Shown here piece after piece: positions 10,187-21,717 of a stretch of 44,930 nucleotides of DNA (positions are counted from its first letter, which is position 1; the number at the start of each line of letters is the position of its first letter). The DNA is taken from contig CAVTDB010000015.1 of the NCBI GenBank assembly GCA_963733375.1, positions 1-44,930 of the forward strand, given 5' to 3'. Below the pieces are notes generated by a model. That model saw only the letters and a list, made by a program, of their open reading frames with translations, did no database searches and was not told the origin of the DNA. The translations under genes were made by a program, and so were the position numbers. The stretch is from Nitrospirota bacterium. GTDB taxonomy: Bacteria > Nitrospirota > JACRHJ01.

Positions 10187-11161
10187 TCAGAATGACAGGT
10201 TCATGGCCTTGCGCACTTCATCCATCGTCGCCGCCGCGACCTTGCGGGCGGTATCCGCCCCGGCCCTCAGCATCTCCCGCGTCTCGTCCTCTCGTCCTGT
10301 CAGCGCGGCCCGTTTCTCGCGGAACGGGGCAAGGTAAGTGCTTAATATTTCGGCCAAATAGCCCTTGTGATTCACGCATCCGAGCCTGCCCGCCCGGCAG
10401 TCCACGTCAGCTTGCGGCGCGTCATTTGGCCCGAACGCCTTGTGGTAGTCCTGGACGGAGCATATGTCCGGGTCGCCGGGGTCGTTCGCGTGGATTTTCT
10501 TAGGGTCCGTAATGAGTTGCATCACTTTCGGCTTAATAGATTCCGGCGGCTCGTCCAAAAAAATGGCGTTATTCAATGACTTGGACATCTTCCTGCCGTC
10601 CGTGCCCGGCAGCTTCGGGATCTGTGTCAGGAGCGCCTTCGGTTCCGGAAAAACCTGTTTATACCGATGGTTAAACGCCCTTGCGATTTCTCTGGCAAGC
10701 TCGATGTGCGGGACCTGGTCAACCCCCACGGGCACCGCGCCCGCCTTGTATAGCGTTATGTCCGCCGCCTGAAGCACCGGGTATCCCATCAGGCCGTAGT
10801 TCACGCCGTGTAAGTGCATGTCTTCAATCATGTTTTTTAGCGTCGGGTCACGCTCCAGCCAGGGCATTGGGGTGATCATCCCGAACAGGAGATAAAGCTC
10901 CGCATGTTCCTTCACCTCGGACTGGACGAATACCGTCGAGCGTGAGAAATCGATCCCCAGCGCCCGCCAATCAAGGGCCATTTCCATAATGTTTTTAGGA
11001 AGTTCGGAAGTATCGGCGTATGCGGTGGTCAAGGCGTGCCAGTCTGCGGCCATGAAAAAACATTCATACTCTTCCTGCAATGAGAGCCAGTTGCCGAGCG
11101 CGCCTACAAGGTGCCCGATATGCAGTCTGCCGGTAGGCCGCATCCCGGATAAGAGCCTCAT
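10187..11161 (-). CDS. trpS: tryptophanyl-tRNA synthetase
   Basis: SGMRPTGRLHIGH, YPVLQAADI, VPVGVDQVPHIE, KMSKS. Confidence 0.97.
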   Translation of the reverse strand: MRLLSGMRPTGRLHIGHLVGALGNWLSLQEEYECFFMAADWHALTTAYADTSELPKNIMEMALDWRALGIDFSRSTVFVQSEVKEHAELYLLFGMITPMPWLERDPTLKNMIEDMHLHGVNYGLMGYPVLQAADITLYKAGAVPVGVDQVPHIELAREIARAFNHRYKQVFPEPKALLTQIPKLPGTDGRKMSKSLNNAIFLDEPPESIKPKVMQLITDPKKIHANDPGDPDICSVQDYHKAFGPNDAPQADVDCRAGRLGCVNHKGYLAEILSTYLAPFREKRAALTGREDETREMLRAGADTARKVAAATMDEVRKAMNLSF

Positions 11162-11270
11162 AAACCGTTACCTTTTTGGAAAAAGGTAACGCCAAAAACT
11201 TTTGGGCTGTTTTTAAGCCCCGCTTTTCTTTGTGTTACTTTCTTTTCCCGTGAAAAGAAAGTAACGGTTT
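11162..11270 (+). repeat. double-hairpin intergenic element, copy 2
   Basis: AAACC-GTTACCTTTTTGGAAAAAGGTAAC...GTTACTTTCTTTTC-CCGT-GAAAAGAAAGTAAC-GGTTT; 10-bp terminal inverted repeat. Confidence 0.95.
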
Positions 11271-11275
11271 TATCC

Positions 11276-12943
11276 CTATAATTCAAAATCCCCCGCCTCC
11301 AGGTGCTCCTTTATGCGGTGCAGGAACTCATTCGCAGTCAGGCCGTCCACCACGCGGTGGTCGTAGGAAAGCGCTATATACATCATGGGCCGTATGGCGA
11401 TGGCGTCCTCGCCGTCTTCCGCCGTAACCACCACGGCGCGCTTTACCAGCTCTCCCATCCGGAGTATCCCCACCTGCGGCTGGCTGATTATCGGCGTCCC
11501 GAACAGGTTTCCATGCCTGCCGGGATTTGTCACGGTGAACGTCCCGCCCGCCATTTCGTCGGGAGTTATCTTTTTATCCCGCACTTTTACGGAAAGCTCG
11601 GAGAGCGCCTTTGCCAGGTCCAGCAGGGACATATCCTCCGCGCCCTTTATCACCGGGACCATCAGGCCCCGCTCGGAGTCCACGGCCACGCCCAGATTTA
11701 TATGCCGCTTCGTAAGGACGGAATACCCCTGGACTACCGAATTCATCAGCGGGAATTCCTTCAAGGTCCTGATCGCCGCCGCCATGACGAAAGGCGTATA
11801 AGTCAGGCTGATTCCCACTTCCGCCTTGACTTTATCTTTATTACGCTCTCGTATCCCCACTATATTCTCAAAGTCGGCTTCGGCTATAGTCGTCACATGG
11901 GCCGACGTCCTTTTGCTGTAAACCATGTGGTCGGCGATTAATAGTCTGAGGCGCGAGAACGGAAGCTCCGCATCACCTTCTTCTACTTCATAAGAAGGCG
12001 GCTTATATACCCCGTATCCTGCATGCATTTCAGGCGGGGGGGCCGACTCCAGAAGCTCTTCCTGCACTATCCGGGGCGAAGGCATGTCCTTCTCCGGCGC
12101 GTGGATAGGGCCCCCCGGCGGCACCGTCCTTTCCGGACCCTTCTCCGGTGGCAAAGTCGCTTCCGGCCCGGTCTTTTTCTCCGCGAGCACGCGCATAACG
12201 TCCGCCTTGGTCACCCGTCCGCCTTCGCCGGTGCCTTTAATGGCCTTTAAATCCACGCCATGCTCCATAGCCAGGCGCATTACCGCAGGCGAGTAAAACC
12301 CGGACTTATCAGTCATTGATTCTGGTACTGCCTCAGGCTCCGGGACCTCCCGCTTTATCTCCGGCGGGGGGGTCAACTCCTCTTCGGGCCGGGTTTCCCG
12401 CTTTGCCTCGACGGCAGGGATGCCTTCCGGACGCGCGGGATGCTCCGCCGGGCCGTCTCTTTTTGTCGCCAACTCCGGCGGTTTGCCCTCAACCGTGGTT
12501 TTTGCCTCTGGGGTCTCTTGCGGCGGCGCGGTCTCGACCTTCGCGGTTTCCACCTCCTTGCCGATTTCCGCGCCCGATACTCCTTCAACAGGCTTCATGG
12601 CTCCCGGCTTCACAGGGGCGGCTTCTTCAGTTTTGGCGGCCTCTGGCGTTTCTGGTTTCTTGGGCTCCATAGCTATCGATTTCGGTGCATCTTTCCCCAC
12701 CACAGCCGATTTTTCGTCAATTCTCGCCATCAGCGCTCCCACCTGGATGGTCTCGCCCTCTTTGGCGATTATCTCCGTAAGGACGCCGGAAACGGGCGAC
12801 GGAACGTCCACATCCGCCTTGTCCGTGGAGACCGTCACCAACGGCTCATCGGCCTTTACCGCCTGCCCCTCATCCACCAGCCAGACGGATATCGTCCCTT
12901 CGGCTATGCTCTCCCCCATCTGGGGCATCTTTACGTCGGTCAT
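11276..12943 (-). CDS. 2-oxoacid dehydrogenase E2 (dihydrolipoamide acyltransferase)
   Basis: Lipoyl domain (STDKA), E3-binding domain (GTGEGGRVTK), catalytic SYDHRVVDG. Confidence 0.95.
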   Translation of the reverse strand: MTDVKMPQMGESIAEGTISVWLVDEGQAVKADEPLVTVSTDKADVDVPSPVSGVLTEIIAKEGETIQVGALMARIDEKSAVVGKDAPKSIAMEPKKPETPEAAKTEEAAPVKPGAMKPVEGVSGAEIGKEVETAKVETAPPQETPEAKTTVEGKPPELATKRDGPAEHPARPEGIPAVEAKRETRPEEELTPPPEIKREVPEPEAVPESMTDKSGFYSPAVMRLAMEHGVDLKAIKGTGEGGRVTKADVMRVLAEKKTGPEATLPPEKGPERTVPPGGPIHAPEKDMPSPRIVQEELLESAPPPEMHAGYGVYKPPSYEVEEGDAELPFSRLRLLIADHMVYSKRTSAHVTTIAEADFENIVGIRERNKDKVKAEVGISLTYTPFVMAAAIRTLKEFPLMNSVVQGYSVLTKRHINLGVAVDSERGLMVPVIKGAEDMSLLDLAKALSELSVKVRDKKITPDEMAGGTFTVTNPGRHGNLFGTPIISQPQVGILRMGELVKRAVVVTAEDGEDAIAIRPMMYIALSYDHRVVDGLTANEFLHRIKEHLEAGDFEL

Positions 12944-12967
12944 GGTAAGTTGTTGTCCATGTTCAGG

Positions 12968-13945
12968 TTAATATCCCGCCAGTTTCCGCGCCGCCGCAAG
13001 GACCTTGTCCTTGTTCGGCAGGATGTACTCCTCCATCGGCCCGGCGAAGGCGTTATGCGTATCCTTGCTGCACCACGCGCATTACCGGCGCGTCAAGGTA
13101 CTCGAATGCGTTCTCCATGATTATCGCCGAGACCTCGCCGCCAATGCCCCCGGTAAGCTGTCCTCGTGGACTATCAGCACCTTGCCCGTCTTCTTCGCGC
13201 AGGAGATTATCGCCTGCCTGTCCAGCGGCAGGAGCGTCCGCAAGTCCAGCACCTCGGACGATACCCCTTCCTTCTCCAGTTCTTCAGCCGCCGCGAGGCA
13301 GAGGTAGAGCGCGGAGCCGTAGGTGATGAAGCAGATGTCGTCGCCCTCGCGCCGGAGCGCCGCCTCTCCTATTGGGACGATATAGCTGTCCTCGGGTATA
13401 TCTTCCTTTATGCGCCGGTACAGGAACTTGTGCTCGAAGTAAAGTACCGGGTCGTCGTCCTGTATGGCGGCGATAAGGAGCCCCTTGGCGTCGAAGGCCG
13501 TCGCGGGCGCGACGACTTTAAGGCCGGGCACGCGCGTGAACCAGGCCTCCGGGTTCTGCGAATGGAACAGCCCGCCCCGCACGCCGCTCCCGGACGGGCA
13601 CCGGACCACCATCGGGCATTTGGCCTTCCCGCCGTGCCGATACCGAAGTGTAGCCGCCATGTTCACGATCTGGTCGAACCCGCAGGAGATGAAATCCGCG
13701 AACTGCATCTCCGCCACCGGCCGCATCCCGGCAATGGCAAGCCCGACCGATGCGCCGTTGATAAGAGATTCGGAAATTGGGGTATCGATTACCCGCTCCG
13801 CGCCGAACTCCTCGAACAGCCCCTCCGTTGCCAGAAACGCCCCGCCCAGCGCGGCAATGTCCTCGCCCAGGAGCACGACGTCAGAGTCCAGCCGCATGGA
13901 CTGCCGGAGCGCTTCGTTAATAGCTTTTATGTAAGTCAGTTCCAT
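12968..13945 (-). CDS. 2-oxoacid dehydrogenase E1 beta subunit (frameshifted near the 3' end)
   Basis: GEDI...GGAF, DTPISE, EMQFADF, HSQNPE, FEHK, VLDLRTLLPLD. Confidence 0.93.
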
Positions 13946-13946
13946 T

Positions 13947-14057
13947 AAAACCTTTGTTACTTTCTTTTGCGAAAAAGAAAGTAACCAAAGAAAACGGGAC
14001 AAAAAGACAGTCCAAAAGTTTTTGGTGTTACCTTTTTCCAAAAAGGTAACGAATTTT
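13947..14057 (-). repeat. double-hairpin intergenic element, copy 3
   Basis: GTTACTTTCTTTT-GCGA-AAAAGAAAGTAAC ... GTTACCTTTTTCCAAAAAGGTAAC. Confidence 0.93.
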
Positions 14058-14059
14058 CC

Positions 14060-15028
14060 TCATACCGGCGTCGCATACAGCCCTTCCATCGCCTCCGGGC
14101 CGTCCGGCTCCGGGGAGTTTTCCGCGAATTTCACCGCCTCGTCCACCACCGCCTTCACCTTGGCGCCCGTCTCTTCTATTATCTTCGCCACGTCGTAACC
14201 CTTTTTTTCGAGGAAGAACTCGTAGCGCTGGATGGGGTCGCGGCTTTCCCACTCGATAAGCTCCTCCTTCGCCCGGTACGAGGCCATGTCGTGTTCGCTG
14301 TGGCCGGAGTAGCGATAGGTCTTGCATTCGATCAGTTCCGGCCCCTCGCCCCGCCTCGCCTGGTCGATTGCATGCTCCACCGCGCGCAGGACGGCAAAGA
14401 GGTCGTTGCCGCTGCAGACGTGCCCATGAAAGCCGTATCCGGCCGCCCTGTCCGCCACGTCCTCTACCGCCATCTGAATGGATTGGGGCGTGGAAAAAGC
14501 GTAGAAGTTGTTCTCGCAGACGAAAACGACGGGCAGTTTGCGGACGCCGGCGAAGTTCAGCGCTTCGTGGAAATCGCCCCTGGAGGACGCGCCCTCGCCG
14601 AAGAAGGCGACGACTACCCGCGGCTCTTTCCTGATTTTAAATTTCAAGGCGACGCCGCAGGCGACCGGCAGGGACGAGGCGAGCATGGAGGTGGAGCCGA
14701 CAACGCCGTTCTCCAGGACGCCGGCGTGCAGGAACGAGTCCCTGCCCCCGGAGAAGCCCGTCTTTTTGCCCATTATCTGGGCCATCAGGAGTTTCGGGTC
14801 CACGCCTTTTACGAGGAACGCGCCCAGGTCGCGGTGCAGCGGGAAGATGAAATCGTCGGGCTTCAGCCTATAAACCGAACCGACGACAACGGCCTCCTGA
14901 CCGAGGCCGGAGTAAACGCCGCCCGGTATCTTGCCCTGGTGGTGTAACTTGGAGACCCTGTCCTCAAACTCCCGGACGAGGCGAAGGTGGTAATAAAGCT
15001 CGAGGTCCTGGTCCACACGCCTCCTCAC
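14060..15028 (-). CDS. 2-oxoacid dehydrogenase E1 alpha subunit (TPP-binding)
   Basis: GQEA, FFGEGASSRGDFHEALNFA...ENN, TYRYSGHS. Confidence 0.93.
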   Translation of the reverse strand: MRRRVDQDLELYYHLRLVREFEDRVSKLHHQGKIPGGVYSGLGQEAVVVGSVYRLKPDDFIFPLHRDLGAFLVKGVDPKLLMAQIMGKKTGFSGGRDSFLHAGVLENGVVGSTSMLASSLPVACGVALKFKIRKEPRVVVAFFGEGASSRGDFHEALNFAGVRKLPVVFVCENNFYAFSTPQSIQMAVEDVADRAAGYGFHGHVCSGNDLFAVLRAVEHAIDQARRGEGPELIECKTYRYSGHSEHDMASYRAKEELIEWESRDPIQRYEFFLEKKGYDVAKIIEETGAKVKAVVDEAVKFAENSPEPDGPEAMEGLYATPV

Positions 15029-15519
15029 TCACGCCAATTTAAATCCTTTATTCTTTTTGAGATACGGGACCAGTCCGCCCGCCTCGAGGATATCCGTCAT
15101 AACCTGGGGCATCGGCGGGAACGGCAGCTCGATACCCTTGGTCTTATCCCTTAATACCCCGCCTTAAGGTCCAGCTCGAGCTCGTCCCCGTCGTCTATCT
15201 GGTCGGTATCCACCCGTACAGCCGGAAGGCCGATATTTATGCAGTTCCGGAAGAAAATCCGGGCGAAGGACTTGGCGGCGACACACGAGGTCCCGGCCAT
15301 TTTTATAATCACCGGGGCATGCTCGCGGGAGGAGCCCATGCCGAAATTCGTCCCGCCCACGACGAAGTCGCCGGGTTTTACCTGGGCCCTGAACTCGTCG
15401 CGCGCGTCCTCCAGGACGTGCTTGGTAAGCTCCGGCAGGTTCGTCCTCAAGTACGCGTACCTGCCAGCCGCGATCAAGTCCGTGCTTATATCGTCCCCGA
15501 ACTTCCAGGCCCTTCCCAT
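15029..15519 (-). CDS. leuD: 3-isopropylmalate dehydratase/homoaconitase-family small subunit (frameshifted)
   Basis: [40 protein letters not shown]. Confidence 0.85.
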
Positions 15520-15530
15520 GGAACCTCCAG

Positions 15531-15640
15531 ACCGTTACCTTTTTGGTAAAAAGGTAACGCCAAAAACTTTTAGGCTGGTTTTAATTGTCCCGCTTTTCTT
15601 TGTGTTACTTTCTTTTCCCGTGAAAAGAAAGTAACGGTTT
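15531..15640 (+). repeat. double-hairpin intergenic element, copy 4
   Basis: Near-identical to 11162-11270. Confidence 0.95.
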
Positions 15641-16898
15641 ATATATATTTTCTTGGGTCGGCAAGCTTCCCTTCGATGGCGGAGGCCGCGACAGCGCGGG
15701 CGAGGCAAGGTAAACGAACGACTTGGGGTTTCCCATCCTGCCCTTGAAGTTCCGGTTTATGGAGGCGGCGCAGTTCTCGCCGTCGCCCAGGATACCTTCA
15801 TGGCTTCCGGGGCATGCCCCGCATCCCGGCGAATTGATTACGCCGCCCGCATCCAGGAATATATCCATAAGACCTTCGGCCATCATCTTTCTATAGACGC
15901 TCTTGGTGCCCGGGGTTACGACGAGCCTTGAGCCGGGGGCGACATGCTTTCCCTTGAGTACCTTGGCCGCCGCCTCGAAATCCTCGAAATAACCGTTGGT
16001 CGTGGAGCCAAGGTACGCCTGCTGGATCGGGACGTCCTTGCAGTCCGGGTGCGAGATGGGCCTCGTGTTGTCCACCATGTGGGGGAAAGAGACCATCGGC
16101 TCAAGGCTGACCCGCGTCTATCTTGACTACCCTGACGTATTTCGCGCCGGGGTCGCCCTTTATCTCCTTGAAATCCTTCTCCCGCTTGTTCTCGCGGAGC
16201 CAGTCCAGGGTATGCCCGTCCGATTCGAACAGGCCGCACTTCCCGCCGGCTTCCACGGCCATCGACGAAATAGTGGTCCTTCCGGGGATGGATAACCCCT
16301 CGATGGTATCTCCGAAGAACTCAAGGGACTGGTATGTCGCGCCGTCCGCGCCGATTAAGCCGATAAGGTAGAGGATGATGTCCTTGGAATATACCCCCGG
16401 CGGGAGCTTCCCGGTGACTTCCACCCGGATTGCCTCCGGGCACAGCATCCAGGTCTCGCCGGTGGCCATGGCGACCGCGATGTCCGTCGAGCCCATGCCG
16501 GTTGCGAAGGCCCCCAATGCGCCGCCCTGGCAGGTATGGGAGTCCGCCCCGACCATCAGCATGCCGGGGGACGTGACCTGCTCGCCCAGGACCAGGTGGC
16601 TTACCCCTCCCCCTATGTCGGAGAGCATGCAGCCGGAGTCCTTTGCGTACTCGCGGAGCTTGGTGTGCCCGGTGGAGACTTCCTTGAAGGAAGACGGGGA
16701 GGCGTGGTCTATGAATACGGCGGTATGGGAGGGGACTTTTGCAAGTCCCGCTCCCAGCTCCGCAATCTTGTCAACCGTCAGGGGGCCGGTCCAGTCCTGC
16801 ACGTAGGCGAAATCCACCTTCACCACGGTCAGCTCGCCTGCGTGTACCTCGTGCCCCGCATGCATGGAGATAAGTTTTTCAGCCAGGGTCAGCGGCAT
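15639..16898 (-). CDS. leuC: 3-isopropylmalate dehydratase/homoaconitase-family large subunit (frameshifted)
   Basis: TLAEKLI, GADSHTC.GGALGAFATGMGSTD, GATY, PGCGAC, NRNFKGRMG, YLASP; ends DPRKYI-TAA. Confidence 0.85.
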
Positions 16899-16902
16899 AT
16901 TC

Positions 16903-17518
16903 TTACGCCGCCCTTCCCAGGGCCTCATCCAGTTTCAGGGATGTCTGAAGGCGCTTCTCCACCACGTTCCAGTCTATGTTCTGGAAGAACGCGTCTAAGG
17001 TATGCCGCGCGCTTTACGCCGTAGTCTATCATGTAGGCGTGCTCGTAGACGTCCAGTATCAGAAGCGGGATCTCATTCCAGATAGCACCGATATCGTGCA
17101 TATCCATCATGTAGTTGTGCAAAGTGTTGTCGTTCATGCTCCAGGAGAGCACGGCCCAGCCGCGTCCGGACATTCCGACCGCCTTGAACTGCGCCATCCA
17201 GTTATCGAACGAACCCCAGCGCTCTTTTATCATCTCTGCTATCCTGCCGCCCGGCGCGCCTCCCTTGCCGCCAAGGTTCTCGAAATACCACTCGTGCAGA
17301 AAAACGGCGTTTGTCGTAAAGGACTTCTCCTTGAACATCTCCCGGATAATGGCGTAAGTGGCGTTTGCGCCTTCGGTCGGCGCTTTTTTTATCTCTTCCT
17401 CAAGCATGTTCAATTTATCCACGTATCCCTTATAGAGCACGTCCCTGTGCTCCTGGATCTGCCTGTCGGAAATACCCTTGAGTTTACCTTCCAGCTTGAA
17501 TTCCTTTACCTTGTGCAT
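16903..17518 (-). CDS. Fe/Mn superoxide dismutase family protein (frameshift near the 3' end)
   Basis: QEHRDVLYKGYV, LHEWYFENL, WGSFDNW, PLLILDVYEHAY..DYG, NIDW. Confidence 0.9.
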
Positions 17519-17602
17519 GATTGTACCGTCCTTTCTAATACGCGAGGCTAAGACAAAAAAGAAATGCGGCAAAGATTATGCCGCAGGCGGCCGACTTCAA
17601 AA

Positions 17603-17630
17603 AGTATAACAAAGATTTAAGCAGTGTCAA
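17603..17630 (-). promoter_or_regulatory. sigma70-type promoter of the SOD-leuCD-E1/E2 run
   Basis: TTGACA-16 nt-TATACT with an extended TGn. Confidence 0.6.
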
Positions 17631-17761
17631 TTTTGTAGAACAATTTTAAGTATTTTGATTAACCGGCGCGACTTGCGGACGGTAAAAGTCCGTGGTATAA
17701 ATTTATACAAAGGAATTTATTTTTACTGAAGGGTAAATTTGGCCGCCCTGAAGGAGACTTT

Positions 17762-19253
17762 ATGGAGCATAACCTCAAAATCAAGAGCCAGGAAGTATAT
17801 GACAGGAACCTGCTGGAGGCGAGCCTCGACCCGATCGTGGCGATAAACCTGGAAGGCAAGTTCACCTACGTCAATGAGGCTATGGTAAGGATCACGGGCA
17901 TTCCGAGGGACGCCCTCATCGGGTCGGACCACTTCGGCATCTTAACCGAGCCCGAAAAGGGGAAAGAGGGCCTTCTGCAGGCTTTAACGATAGGGTCCAT
18001 CACCGACTATCCCCTCACCTTCCGGCACACGGACGGGCACCTGACGGACGCACTTTGCAACGCCTCCGTTTACTTGGATGACGAGGGCAAAGTCGCCGGC
18101 ATCTTCGCGGCGGTGAGAGACATTACCGAGAGAAAACGGGCCGAAGAGGCCCTTCGAGAGGCCGGGGCATACACCAGGAGCCTGCTGGAGGCGAGCCTCG
18201 ACCCGCTCGTGGGGATAAACCTTGAAGGCAAGTTCACTTTCGTCAATGAGGCTACGGTCAAGGTCACGGGCGTTCCGAGGGACGCCCTGATAGGGACGGA
18301 CTTCGCCAGCTACTTCACCGAGCCCGATAAGGCGAGAGAGGACTTCCAGCAGGCTTTAGCGACAGGGTCCGTCACCGACAATCCCCTCACCATCCGGCGC
18401 AAGGACGGGCACCTGACGGACGCACTTTGCAACGCCTCCGTCTACCGCGATACAGGGGGCAAAGTCGCCGGCATTTTTGCCGCCGCACGCGATATAACGG
18501 AGAGGAAGCGGGCGGAAGAGGAGGTAAAAAAATTAAACCTGGAGCTGGAGCAGAGGATCCGCGAACGGACGGCCCAGTTAGAGTCCGCCAACTGCGAGCT
18601 GGAATCCTTCAGCTACTCGGTCTCCCACGACCTCCGCGCGCCTCTTCGGAGCCTGGACGGCTTTTCCCAGGCCATCCTGGAGGAATATTCGGACAGGTTA
18701 GATGAAAAAGGGAAAGACTACCTGGGAAGGATCCGCCTTGCCAGCCAGAGGATGGGCCATCTTATAGACGACATGCTGAAGCTCTCCCGGGTGACAAGGA
18801 GTGAGATGCGTTTTGAAAACGTGGACCTGACGGGGATTGCGAGAGAAATAGGAGATGAACTGAGGAGGGCGGAGCCCGGGCGCAAGGTCGAATTTATCAT
18901 AGAAGATGGCGTCACGGCATGGGGCGACTTGCCGCTCATGCGGACGGTTATGCAGAACCTGCTGTCGAATTCCTGGAAATTCACATCCAGGCACGAGAAG
19001 GGGGTAATCCAGTTCGGCGTCTCGGAGATGGGGGGCAAGAAAATTTATTTCGTGAAGGACGACGGCGCCGGTTTTGACATGAACTATGCCGACAAACTTT
19101 TTACCCCATTCCAGCGGCTGCATTCCACGGCGGAGTTTCCGGGGACGGGTATCGGCCTCGTAATCGCAAAAAGGATTATTAAGGCGGCACGGGGGCGACA
19201 TCTGGGCTACGGCCGAAACCGAAAAAGGGGCGAACTTTTATTTCTCATTTTGA
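17762..19253 (+). CDS. PAS-PAS sensor histidine kinase (frameshift near the 3' end)
   Basis: Two near-duplicate PAS/PAC repeats, FSYSVSHDLRAPL H-box, NLLSNSWKF, DDGAGF, GTGIGL. Confidence 0.93.
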
Positions 19254-19265
19254 AAGGGGGCAGAT

Positions 19266-19729
19266 ATGGCGGACAGGGAAATATTGCTGGTGGAGGATAA
19301 CCCGGACGACGTCGAGCTTACGCTTCGGTCGTTCAAGGCAAACAACATTTGCAATAAAGTCGTTATCGCCCAGGACGGCGCACGAGCGCTTGGATTTTCT
19401 TTTCAGCACCGGCGCATATTCCGGGAGCAGCAGCAGACTGCCCCAGCTCGTGCTGTTTGGACCTTAACCTGCCGAAGATATCGGGCCTGGACGTGCTGAA
19501 GCGCATCAGAAGCGACGAAAGGACAAAATGCCTGCCGGTAGTGATACTTACCTCTTCCAACGAGGAGAAAGACCTTATAACCGGCTACGCGCTGGGCGCA
19601 AACAGCTACGTGCGAAAGCCGGTGGATTTTGTCCAGTTCAATGAAGCCATAAAACAGCTCGGCCTCTACTGGCTTATCTTAAACGAAGCGCTGCCGCAGA
19701 CAAGGGAACCGAATGAAAAAGCCGCTTAG
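19266..19729 (+). CDS. single-domain response regulator (frameshifted)
   Basis: ILLVEDNPDD, DLNLPKISG, VVILTSS, GANSYVRKPV. Confidence 0.9.
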
Positions 19730-21717
19730 GGCATTGATAGTGGAAGACTCGGAAGACGACGCTATCTTAATGGCGGAGGAACTCCGGCGCGCGGGGTATG
19801 AGGTCTATTTCGAAAGGGTCGAGACGCCGGAAGAAATGTCCGCGGCCGCCTCTGAGAGGGGGCTGGGACGTCATACTCTCGGATTACGTAATGCCCCGGT
19901 TCGACGGCCTGACGGCGCTTAAGCTCCTGAAGGAAAAGGGCCTCGACATCCCCTTCATCCTGGTTTCCGGAAAGATAGGCGAAGACACGGCTGTAGAAGC
20001 CATAAAGGCCGGGGCCTGCGATTATGTCATGAAGGACAGGATGATAAAGCTCGCGCCCTCGGTGAAAAAGGCCCTTTCCGAGCACGAGATGATGATGGAA
20101 AGGGACCGGGCGCAGGAGGCGTTGAAGACGGAGCTGGAGGTATCCAACGCCCTGCTCAAGATGGCCGAGATAACGAGCGCATCCCTTGACTGGGACGAGA
20201 CGGCGGATAAGGTGCTTCACGTCCTGAAGGGGATTATACATTTTGAGGGCGCGGCCGTAATGCTGGCGGAGGCGGACGGCACGCTGACCCCCAGGAAAGC
20301 GGTAGGTTGCGACGGCGGCATACATTCCATTTTGATGGGGATGCGGCCAAGGCTGGCGGACGTCCGGGCGCTCGAGAAGGTGATGTTGACCAGGAAGCTT
20401 TTAAAAATCGGGGAAGAGGAGCTGCCCGGCCTCATCCCGGATTATATCGCGGCAAACCTGAAGCTCAAGGAAGTGATTATCGCACCCGTTATGGCGAGGG
20501 AGCGTGTAGCCGGCTTCCTGGGGGTGAACTTTAAAAAAATCGGCGACGATTCACGCGTCCCGGCCTTGATAAAGGGCATCGCGGACCAGCTCGGCGCGGC
20601 CTTTGAAAATGCCAGCCTCTACGAGGAGACCCAGAAGAAGAGGCTGGAGCTGGCCAAGGGGATGGAGGCGCTCAGGGTACTGCATGAGATAGACAGGATG
20701 ATACTGTCCACTCTCGACAGGGACGAGATGCTGTCAAGGGTCTCGCTGCAGATAAAAAGGCTTATCCCGGCGGATGCGGGGTGCCTGTTGCTGCTGGACG
20801 GGGAGGAGAAGACGCTTAGGGTAAACTGCGGCTGGGGGGCGGACTTTAAAAAAGACGAGCGGTTCATGCTGGACGGCTTCCCCGGCGCCGATACGTTCCT
20901 TTCAGGCAGGCCGGTGATGAGGGCCGACGTCCTGAACGAGACGAGGGAAAGCGGGGAGGATACCGTCTTTCGGGACGCGGTAATCCGTTCCGAGATAATC
21001 GTCCCGATAATGAGCAAGGGGACCGGACGGGGGCTTATCAGGCTCGGGAGCCAGAGGGTGGCGGGTTTCAGTTTCGAGGATACGGCGATGGCTGAAAAAC
21101 TGGCGTACCAGATAGGGATAGCGCTTGAGAACACGCGCCTGATAGCAGACCTGGAGGAGGTGCTGATAAACACCGTCCAGGCGCTTTCCTCCGCGATAGA
21201 CGCAAAAAGCCACTGGACGCGCGGACATTCCACCCGCGTCACGGGCTATGCCGTGCGGGCCGGAAAAGAGATGGGCCTTACGGACGAGCAGATGGAGAGG
21301 CTTAAGCTAGCTGGCCTTCTGCACGATATCGGGAAAATCGGGATATTGGATGCATTACTGGACAAGCCGGGCGCGCTGACGATTGATGAGTACGAATCGA
21401 TTAAAAAACACTCCGACAGGGGGGCGGAGATACTCGCGCCTATAAGGCAGTTCAGGGATATCGTACCCTGCATCCGCCACCACCACGAGCGTTGGGACGG
21501 CAAAGGCTATCCCCTTCATCTGCAGGGCGAACAGATACCTTTCATGGCACGGATATTATCGGTCGCGGACTCTTTCGACTCCATCACCGCCGACAGGCCT
21601 TACAGGAAGGCCAATGACAGGAACTTTGCTTTCGAGGAGCTTATGAAATGCTCGGGGACGCAGTTTGAGCCGAAGGTCGTGGACGCTTTCATCAGTATGC
21701 TGAAGGAGCCCGATTAG
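19713..21717 (+). CDS. receiver-GAF-GAF-HD-GYP c-di-GMP phosphodiesterase (frameshift near the 5' end)
   Basis: LIVEDSEDD, SDYVMPRFDG, LLHDIGK, HHERWDGKGYP, RPYR. Confidence 0.92.

Noticed and set aside
13121-14041. N- or C-terminal extensions such as MEKGNTKNFWT.../FFWLLFFPERKVT in several ORFs
   Set aside because: These are translations of the hairpin repeat, not protein domains; the true E1-beta start is 13945
17804-18510. Long direct repeat inside the histidine kinase gene
   Set aside because: Ordinary tandem PAS/PAC domain duplication
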